From an uncultured Candidatus Peribacteria bacterium (GTDB lineage: Bacteria > Patescibacteriota > Gracilibacteria > UBA4473): a DNA stretch of 43,315 nucleotides. The stretch lies in contig CAYFMH010000003.1 in the NCBI GenBank assembly GCA_964344165.1, forward strand, positions 1 to 43,315, given 5' to 3'. Shown one piece after another: positions 1 through 10,200 of the stretch. The notes beneath the pieces were generated by a model that had not been told where the DNA came from, made no database searches, and was given only the letters and a program-made list of their open reading frames with translations. Every line of letters starts with the position of its first letter. The first letter of the stretch is position 1. The position numbers and the translations under genes are program-made.

Positions 1-57
1 TTTTAGGTTATCCCTATTCTATATTATCGTAATTATTTAAGCAAGTCAGTATAATTT

Positions 58-219
58 TCATGCCATCAATTGACTTCGGAGATCATCAATATCTTCTGCT
101 TCAAAAGCGTTGCCTTCGGTAATTTCTTTTTGTCCTTCAAAAAGCTTTTTTATATGCAAAAGTTTTTCATATTCTGATCTTGAGATTTCTACTCGACTTC
201 CAGTTGTTGTTTTGAGCAT
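58..219 (-). CDS. small hypothetical ORF (53 aa), below the ORF-track cutoff
   Basis: Own minus-strand translation: MLKTTTGSRVEISRSEYEKLLHIKKLFEGQKEITEGNAFEAEDIDDLRSQLMA*. ATG at 219-217, TGA at 60-58. The stop overlaps (ATGA) a 15-codon ORF that ends at TAG. No family recognised. Confidence 0.25.
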   Translation of the reverse strand: MLKTTTGSRVEISRSEYEKLLHIKKLFEGQKEITEGNAFEAEDIDDLRSQLMA

Positions 220-422
220 GAGTTGTTTTAAAAAAGTATTTCAATTATTGAGTAAAGTACAAAAAAATCAAATGCATATTTATGGGAACATCAAAGCGCC
301 TAATCGGAAGCGGTATTTTTTTACGTAAAAAAAATAAAACTTTGCTTGAATTTTTTTATGATCTAAAAGTTGTTTCAATTTTTCCCCGTTGGTGGACAGG
401 CCAAGATCGAACCAGTAAGATA

Positions 423-1130
423 TTAGAACTCACTAATTTCCCCTCTCATATCAGCAACCTCGACATTATTTTTTTCACAAGAGTCTAATATGGTTCGCAC
501 TACCCCAAGAGCAATTGGATTAGCTTGCTGAGTTTGTTCAAAATCATCAAGCAATATTTTCATAGCTCTCTCTGCAAAGTTTCGCAGATGAGTCTCTAGT
601 GATGAAGGATCATTTCCGAAGTTTTTTTCTAGTGTCCCTAAACTCAGAAAAACAGAACCTTCGGTATCAATAATATCTCCATGGCTTCTCTCACGAGAAT
701 AAGGTAATTCAATACAAGTATCAATAAGCCTTTCTATTTCTCGAATGTTGCTTTCGGGAGTGATTATTTTTGTTATTTCTATGAGATCTGTTGGTAATTT
801 ATCTCTCATTTCTAGGTCAAAGTCTTGTAAGTCGAAAGGCCCTAAAGCTCTTGATGCTTTAATTTTTTGTCTCATCCTGTTTACCATGTCTAGAACTACT
901 TTTTCCTGGTTTGGAGTCAGGGGAAAACGATAGCCAAAGTTATGATAAATTTTAAGCCTCAAAAGATCACCTAATTCTACTACTGCTCTCATGAAACCTT
1001 CATGATCCTCTTTGTCAATAGGTTTCCTGAGAAGTGCTTCAGCTGAATTAACTATCTTCTCAGTATCAGTTTCAATGAGAGGGATAACCGAAGATAAATG
1101 TCTGGGAACAAAAGATGTTTTAGTTTCCAT
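423..1130 (-). CDS. hypothetical protein (235 aa)
   Basis: Long ATG-initiated ORF with only short antisense competitors. No motif recognised. Visibly more AT-rich than the adjacent giant gene. Confidence 0.6.
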   Translation of the reverse strand: METKTSFVPRHLSSVIPLIETDTEKIVNSAEALLRKPIDKEDHEGFMRAVVELGDLLRLKIYHNFGYRFPLTPNQEKVVLDMVNRMRQKIKASRALGPFDLQDFDLEMRDKLPTDLIEITKIITPESNIREIERLIDTCIELPYSRERSHGDIIDTEGSVFLSLGTLEKNFGNDPSSLETHLRNFAERAMKILLDDFEQTQQANPIALGVVRTILDSCEKNNVEVADMRGEISEF

Positions 1131-1274
1131 GGTTATAATTTGAAATGCGAAAACTTATGCCTAGTATATAAAAATTTTTAGTCATTGTCAAATTATTTTA
1201 AAATAAAATAATTTTCCCTTGAAATTTTTTTAAAATCCCTGTAGCTTCGAAGTCCCAAAAACAAAGTAAAAACT

Positions 1275-4200
1275 ATGCTTCTCAATAAAATAAATAAATA
1301 TTATTACTCCTACGCCAGGAGGATAAAAAAAGAGGGTGTTTTTTGGATTTATAAAATAGCTGCTGGTATATTTCTTCCACAGGCTACGGAGCACGGAACT
1401 TGTATTTTAAATCGACGTTTGAAAAAGCTTTTGTCGTGTGTGTGTATTTGGGCTGTTTTGCTGCCTTTTTTGGCAAAACCAGTAGAAGCGTTTCTCGATC
1501 CGGATCCTCAGCTTCCCAAAAATCTGAACGAAGTGCCAATGGCAGAGAATACCAAATTGGTGGCTTTTTTGGTCGGGAAAGATTTATTATCTCACAAAGA
1601 CGTAGCCGATCGAATCGAGCAGTACGGGCAGGATGTGCAGCGAGATCTGCAGGCGCGAGTGGTGCAGATTCCGATTTCGTATGACGCGTCGCCGCTAGAG
1701 ATCTATGAGGGGCTTTCTCATTTGTATTTTTCTGGGCTGCATTCCGATGGGAAGTCTCAGCTGATTGGGACCGTCTTGATCGGAGAGGTACCACTACCGG
1801 TAGTTGAAAAAAACGGGAACACTTGGCCAACCGTCTTCCCCTACACGGATTTTGAAGATCCGATGTACCAGTGGAATGAAGCCCAAAATCAGTTTGTGGC
1901 CGAAGGACGAGGACAAGAGCCTGAGATCTGGCATGGAGTAATCCGTTCGGGCACTGATGGACGAAAAGCACAACTCCAAGAGCTGGAAGCATACTTCGAT
2001 CGGAATCATGCCGCTCGAGAAGGAGATGTGCAGTATGCCAAAAAAGTTTTTTGGGCGAACTTCGTTCAGCAAAAAGAAATGTTGTCTGAATTTGCGCTCA
2101 ATAACTACAAACGCTGGATCAAGTATGCCGAGGATATTTCCTACCTCCGGTATAACAAAAAACTGCTGAAAAAACTCACCGATGAGGTGGCACTAGAGCG
2201 ACAGGCAACGGCGGATTTGTACAAAATGGATAGTGATAAGGAAGGGAATGAAACCTTCAATGCGATGTTGGATGATATCTACACGCCAATCGATCCCGAA
2301 GCGATGGAGGACCTTCCTGACATCCAGGTCAAAGAATTGGCCGAGTCCTTCCTCATGCGATATCAGGAAGTCTACAAAAACTGGGGCTCGCTTGTCTCTG
2401 GAGCCGTCAATAAATCCGGGCGGTGGACGGCTGATGATCTGGATGCGACAGCGACTCTTTTGTCACGAAAAGATGAGTACTCGATCATTATTCTCCGCGC
2501 GCTCAACGACCAGTGGGAGCAAGTTTTAATCGAAAAACTTGAGGCGGAAAATATCCCCGAGACGATCGGGGTAAGTGTGGGAGAGACGCTTTTGGTTCAA
2601 GAGACTGATGAAAACGGGGATTTGGTTTATGATGATACAGCTCTCCCGATCATACAACCGGTAATGGAGGAGGTTGAAAAACCTCTGTACTGGAATGGAG
2701 TTAAACGGGCAGATATGGACGTGGAGGATTGTAGTCTGATCCGGGGGAGCAAGGTCGGGGATCGAACGCCTTTTGCTCAGATGGTGGATATGAATCGGGT
2801 TTTTAATGATGAGACGGAGGGGGACTGTGCTGCAGATGATGCTTCTACGACCGAAAAAAACGAAGATCTGTATGAGGGTTGCTGTGCGACGAACAAAGTA
2901 GAGACCAATGGGGAGTTGGATTATGTGCGTTGTGATCTGGGATCAGAATGGGATGTGGTGGATAATGAACCCGTGCACTACGGGGCCGAAAAGGAAGTTT
3001 TTGACTATAACGGAGGGCGGGAAATTGTACTGCCGCAGGGAGCGGAGGGCTGTGAAGAAATTATCCAGTGGGATGGGGGAGAAAATACATTTAGTTCGCT
3101 AATGGTGCACGATGAGCCCCGACCGGCCACGCTCATGGCTCAGGTCAAAAACGGTGGTGCGAATCTGCTTCCAGTCGATGATCCCCGAGGGGTGTCGTAC
3201 TACGATCATGGTAAAAACTTCCGACGAATAGCCTTCCCCAATATCTTCGACTATCGAGATCCAACCGGAAAAGTTCTCTCTTCGGCCGCACTGAAGTCCG
3301 TGATCATCGAGATGCTGCATGAAAAAATCCGAGAAATAAATCAGGGCGTTCTGGCGGATAAAACCGCTTCTGGAACCCTCCTTCGCGAAGACCTGCTCGA
3401 TGAAGTGATCGAAAAAGTCGGTTGGGACAAAATCTATGAATCCCTCACCTGGATCGACAAGGACATTGCCGAAAAAAATAGAATCATTTTGGAAAAAAAC
3501 TTTGCGCCGAAAGAGGAGCGAGGGGATTTCTTGCTCGATGAGGAAGCGGAGGGGTACGAACTGCTGGAGATCGTCTCAGAAGGTCATCCCACTCGGGGGA
3601 TCAAGATGGCTTTTTCGGCGGATTCTGATCGAGGGGATGCAGAATACCTGGCGGTTTTGGATTCTTTACTTGGTTTTAAATTTGACGAGCCACCAATCGT
3701 AAAACTAGATGAGCTCGATAGTTCTGTCTCCAAATCAGAAAAAAAATCAAAAAAGCCGGTGCCTTCTTTCCTCAAAAAGCCCGCTCAACTGGTTGTCTCA
3801 CCAGATGAGATCCGGGTAGCCGCCAATGATCCGGCTCCCATCCCGATCGAAGTACAAATCCGAAACAAACGAGGCGATGTGATGATTGAGGATTTTGAAA
3901 CCAAAGTAAGATTGAACTTCAGTCATCGAGAAGTCGGGAAATTTTTTACGATTCTTCCGGCTCAGGAGCGACATGTACGAGCCGGTGTGGCTAAGTTTAC
4001 GCTCATCCCAAAAGTAGCCGAAAATGTGGGAGGGGTCTTCTCATTCACCGCCTCAACCGAGGATCTCGAAACAGAACCGATGAAACTGGAGGTCGTGCGT
4101 TATGGATTAAAAATTTTACCCCCGCTAGAGTCGGTCAGTGCGCGGATGCCAGGGGGAGCCCTCTTTCAGGTGCAAGTGCTTGATCTCGAGCAGAAACTCT

Positions 4201-7200
4201 CCAATCGCTGGGATGGGAGAATCATGAAGTTCCAATCCGAATTTGGTGACTTCGAGGGGGGACAGCTGGCGGCGATCCAGGATGGGGTGGCCAAAATTCG
4301 ATTTTATCCATACAAAAAAGCCGGACGAGCTTCAATCACTGTCAGCGACATCGATGATGAGCTTCCGATCAAGATGTATGAATTTGATATTTTCCCAGGG
4401 AAACCGGCCCTCCTGAAGCTCGAAACTCCATCCCCACAGCTGATCAAAGATGGAGAATTTGTACCGGTTTCCGTTCAGATAACAGACAAACATGGGAATT
4501 CCATTGACCAGGTTCGGCATACGTTGAATTGGGATTTTGATCCGGAGCGGTTTGAAGTGCGGAATTTCAAAGCTCGAGATCAGGATGCCAATACGTCAGG
4601 GATGCAGGAGTTTCTCCGAGAAGGGGACAGCCGGATTTTCCTCCAGGCCAAGAAAAAAACACACTCGATGCGGATCGAGGTGACCTCGGATATTTTACCA
4701 CCAGATCGGGGACAGAGTTTCTCGTACAAAGTCATCGAATCTCCCTACTTCGACATCAAGGTGGATCAAGACTTCGCCTTCGTGGGCAGCGAAGAACCAG
4801 TGAAGGTTACCGTCTGGGGAAAAGACGCCAAGGGGCGAAAGCTCGAAGGGGAATTTGATATCAATGTTACCCCATTTCCGGTGGATACGGCCTTCTTCCC
4901 CAGCCAGTTCAAGATCCAAAATGGCCGAGGGGAGTTTGAATTTTTTGCCGGAACCAAGCCAGGAAAGATACAGGTATCTATCCACAAACCGGGCTTCGAG
5001 ACGCGAGAGTTTGAGTTTGCCGTCGTGCCGGAACCGGCCAAGAAGATTATTTTATCAACCGAAAAAAAGTCGATTGATGTGGAAACACTTCATCCGATTT
5101 TGATCGATGTGAAAGCGGTAGACCGGTTTGGAAATGTGGTCCAGACCAATGAAACTGTTTCCGTCCGATTGACCGAAGATACAGAACATCTTTTGAAATT
5201 AGAAAAAGGGTCTGTCACCCTTAAAAATGGAAAAGGGGTAATCAAGGCCTGGACACAAGGAAAACTAGGAAATCCTCATTTGATCGCGGAGCGAGAGGGC
5301 GTGATCCCAGATGTGTTAGAGCTCCAGATCTGGAATTATTTTTCCGTGGAGGATTTGATCAAACTTTCGCCGAAATCATTTTTATCCCTGATTTTGGGAT
5401 TTGGTGCAGGGGATGCACGATATGAGGGAAACTTTGCCAATCGATTTCTCTTTACTGGAGATACACAAGCGGTGGGGACATTGATCGCGGATCCTGAACC
5501 CGGTAAAAAACAAGCTTCTTTTTCTCCCGCAGGGTTTGTTTCGGGACAAGTAAAAATGGGATTTTTGTCTGGGAAATTTCCAGAGGTGGCGCTTTTTACC
5601 ACGGGAAAGGATGAGGAATTAGCCGCCAAGGTTCGGTTTCTCTATAAGCAAAACGTGGAACTGTTTCTCAATAAAAAGATGAAACTTCAACAGGGAGTTT
5701 ACTTTGATTCTGCAACAGAGAGGGGTGTTAATCCCCGAGATATCTCGGGGGTTAACGATAGTGGGATAAAGGTTAAGGATAATATTGTCCATTATGAAGG
5801 CAATCCCATCTTTCAACTCACAGAAAAAGGTGGCATCCTGATCGATTCAGATCAGGTGTCGATCCAACCGACCAAAAATTTCCGGATCTGGCAGGTGTTT
5901 TTTGATAAACAACTTTTGGGTTCTCTCGAGTACGTGACGGGATCAGCGTGGGAGGTAGTCGAAAAATTTGTCCCAGAGGGGGCCTCTCGTATCCAGCTGA
6001 AGTCTTTGAAACCGGGATTGGAATTTGACCAAATTTTTATCGGCAACTCGACCCATACAGAGAAAGGCTGGGCCCTGATCGATACCAACAAAAAAGAAAT
6101 TGATGACAAAAAACTCGGCTCGCTCAAAGAATCAGCCGAAGACGCGATTCGGACTGAAACTGTGGGATGGTCTGGAAACTGGAAGATTGCTTCACTCTTT
6201 GCCTCCGAAAACACCATCGGGGATTCCGCTCGGAGCGGGAGTAGTGATGCGTTTATCCTCCTCGGAGATCCGACACTTTCTCTACCACCTGCCGCAGAGG
6301 ACGATCGGGGGTTTGGGTTCAAACGAAATCTGGGGACGCCGATATGGTCTTCTCCTGATGATCCCGTAGATCAGCTCATCGCGGGAGATGTCAATGGAGA
6401 TGGGATCCTCGATCTGCTTCCTCGAGTGGAAGACAAACTCTATGTGCTCTACCAATCCCAGAACCCACTCGCTCGAACCGAAACTCGGGAGCGCGAAAAA
6501 GACTATCAACTCGATCCAAACTTTCGGGACGGAGGACCAATTCTTCGTTTTGCCGATGGGGTGAAGTCGCTCATTGATTTTGATAACGATCAGGATGGCT
6601 ACGTGGAATTAATTCAGCTCAATGAGGACGGGAAATTAATTTTACACGAAAATACAGCTGGGGTTTTCTCCCGTGAGGTTCTGGATCTGGGCGGGCTCGA
6701 AGAAAATATTGAAATTCTCAAGTCTGGAGAGCTCAATGGAGATCGGTTTCTGGATCTGGCTTTTGTCACGCCGGACAATGATCTGTATGTGGCCTTCGGT
6801 CACAAAGAAGGATTTTTTCGCGCGCAAAAATTTGATAACTTCGCGCCAGATTTCCAAGAAATCGAGGAAGAATTTAAGCCTCTCGATGAAGAGGTAGCTA
6901 AGCTGGATTCTAATTCTCCCGAAAACCCATATCCGCAGTTATCGTCACTTTTGGTCTCATTTGCTGGCATGGAAACAGAAGATGAAAATATAGCGGAATC
7001 AGATAAGTTGGTAGAATTTGCGACGGGAGAAGGCGGGACGTTGAGCGCGCGGCCTTTTATGCCCGTGATCCAAAACGAACGATTTGAGACCACTTTCACC
7101 GCCAAAATCGATAAAGAAACGAATAAAATCCAGAAAGGGGATAAAATCCAAGTTGCGTTTACAATTCGTCCGAATGGACACATCACAGACTTTGAATTTC

Positions 7201-10200
7201 AGCCGGCTCAGGATGATCGACTCGAGCTCGTGCCGGGATCGGTCAAGTGTACGGGTTGTCGAGGCCATCTCAAGTTGCGGCCGATTCCAGGGAATGGACT
7301 TTTTTGGGCGTACGGGATAGAACTACCGAAGGCCCACACGGCGAAGATTACCTGGCGATTGCGCGCCAAATCTGTGCCGGTGATTGATTTTTTTATCGGA
7401 GATTTCGAGGATGGGGCCGATGACATTGATGATATCGCCATCCCGTGGACCGGAACTGATGGAGAAGAGCGAATGATCGAATACCTCTCGAGTGAGCAGC
7501 CAGATATCACGGGCCTTCGAGCGGGGAATATCGGGGGAAGTATCATTGCCTTTAACCCAAAACAAAGAATTAGTCCTAATCTGCCCCCGGAGGAAACGAT
7601 TTCAAGTGAAGAATATGATCCGGTGGCCGATGAGGATCAGGATGCGGATGGGATCCCAGACAGTCATGATCATTATCCGCATGTGCCAAACGAACCAAAT
7701 CTGAACTATGCCCAAAAGTATTTGAAAAATTTAAAGTGGAATCTTCCGCAGTGTGGAGGAGGAGAATGTAATAGTGTGACGGCGGCCTGGGTAGAACCAC
7801 CGGAGGAAGCGCCGGGACTAATGAATGATTTTTATCATACGGTTTTTCCTAAGCCGGTCAGTTTAGATCCCATTCCTGGTTTCCCAGATGTTTGTAAACC
7901 TCCAAAAGTACCACCTATTTGTTGGCAATCTACTTATAGAAAGTACATCATGCCACTGAGCAATGGAAAAGTGGGGGAAGCGAGTTGTTCTGGTGTAAAA
8001 ACAGCCTATATGAAACCACCAATTAAGGCGGGAGGATATTCTCAGACTGTTCGGGGAGGGGCTGGCGGCGGTCGTATTGATACGTACTTCGATATTGCAC
8101 CAGATTATCTCCTGCGTTCGATCGAGCGGGGAAACGACCTCTACATCGATGATATCAAGGTGCTCACTATCGATAGTGGCGGTGGGGTGACAACACACAA
8201 TAGGACGCGTATTGGAACGGGGACCAGATCTTCCTGGGGAAGTAATGCAGCCGGAGTGAGCTATGTGGGAGGGGAAGAAAAAAATCCGGTGTATTGGAAA
8301 GGGCGTTTAATTGGTTGGCTTGGAAAAGTTTCAATTGCTCCTCGAGGCGGAGAAACAATTAATGGACAGATATGGAAGAGGAAATGGAAACCAAATTGTA
8401 AACTTAAAGATATTCCCCCAGTTCCGAGAGGGATTTGTCCCAAAGGTGATCCTGGAAAAAAACTACTTTTAGCATCAGCGGCAAATATTGATCAGGGATC
8501 AAGGGCAAGTCTTTTTAACGTCTCGGGACAGCGGATCATCAATGGAGTCTTCACGATGAAGGTAGCGAATGAAAAAAATATTGTGACCGGAGGCGATGAT
8601 GTAGGGACACTCTGGCTGCAGGATCAAGTCAGAGAGATTGGGGCCAATGCTTCTCTGGCATCGCTCTCTGTCCAGTTCCCGAGTTGGCTCCGGCATTATC
8701 TGCGGTACAGTGTGCCACCGGATTTCCTTACCGATCGAGGAGGGATTGTAGATCTAACTTTTGCGGCGCTGTCCAATATTCCTTTTCTCGAAGTAAAAGT
8801 AAAAAACATCTCGATCCCGTATGCAGAGTTTACCCGAGAGGAGATATCTCGTTGGGAAAGGTACTATGAGCAGTGGCTCGAAAGAGCTCCATCTTTGGGA
8901 TTTACCTCAGCTGAGATACAGCAGCATCGACAAGCTTTTGATCATAATAAAGAAGTGATCAATAAATACAGTGCCACAATTATTGATGAATACTACAACC
9001 TGCGAATTCGCCAGGAGCGGCTTTTGGTGGGGCTTATTGATAATTTGGAAATTTTATCTGAATATCTCGATACCTGGGTAGCTAGTGTGGAGGCGGGACT
9101 CGATATGTGGTACAAAGCCGAACAAATGCTGCTGGCGACATTGGCGACGTGGCAGTCAGCGATTGTAGATCCGTTCTTAGGATTTGCGGTTGGTTGTCGG
9201 ACGTGTGTGCTTGATCGGGGGACACTCCTGCCATGGCTGCTTCGTGTTTTTGTTGATGTGTATGAGGATCAGGGATTGCCTTATGGGTGGATGCCCTATC
9301 CGGTGGTAGAGATTGAGCGGGTGCCGGACGTAAAGATTGATTATTCCAATATTGTTCCGACCTTTTCCGTCGAAATTCTTAATCCTGTCATGAAACCAAT
9401 GGAATTAACGCTCTTTGAGCTTTTTCCACTGCCGGCAGAAGAGGGCAAAGCCCCGCCAGAAGTGTTTCAGCTGCCAAATTATGAAACCCCAGAGCTTGAT
9501 ATTCCACCGCCATTAGACTTTAAACTGCCAAAACTGCTTCAGGCACCAACTCAGCGACAGCCGTTGATTTCTCTCCGGGCCAAGCAAGCTTTTCAGTCCA
9601 AGCCGATCCCATCTCCACCAATCTCAAAAAAATTGGCAGAAAAACTTGATGAAGCGCCGATGCCAGCAATTCCGGAGCCGCCTCAAATCCCAGATCTGCT
9701 TGGACCGATGAGTACGATTGTGGGGCCGCTTTTTGGGGTGATGGGATTTTTCTGCGACCTGCGCCAAAATTTCTTGATCGTCTCTGAGTGGTATCTCAAG
9801 CCGCACACGGAGCAGATCGGAAACCGAGAATCAGTCCACAGGTCGCATCCGTGGGATGATTGGCACTGGCTCCATCACCAACACATTGGGACGCTAGGAC
9901 GACCGCATCGACTGATGAACAAAGAAGACTACGTCACGGCTTCCTTAGGGTTTCTTTTCCCATCAAAAACTATCACGATGCAAGGGTTGGAAGATGTTGG
10001 GACTGTTTTGAGCAAGTTTGTCGATAATGTGGTCGTCCGAAAGCGGGATAAGACCGGTGATCATTCTAAGGTGATTCCTCCGGTCCCAGGAGCTGAAATT
10101 GAAGCTTTGCTTGAGCAGGAAAAAAGAGAAAAACAAGAGCGTTTGGAAGGAATACGGAAGAAAGAATTTGATCGCAAAAAAGAAGAAGAAAGTGATGCGA

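Noticed and set aside
390-416. The sequence TGGTGGACAGGCCAAGATCGAACCAG looks like the reverse complement of a tRNA 3' end (GGTTCGATC...CCACCA), just past the stop of the 423-1130 gene.
   Set aside because: It cannot be folded. The would-be T-stem does not pair, G53-C61 is absent, and no complementary 5' acceptor strand lies ~70 nt away, since that region is the coding end of the neighbouring ORF. At most it is a decayed tRNA or att fragment.
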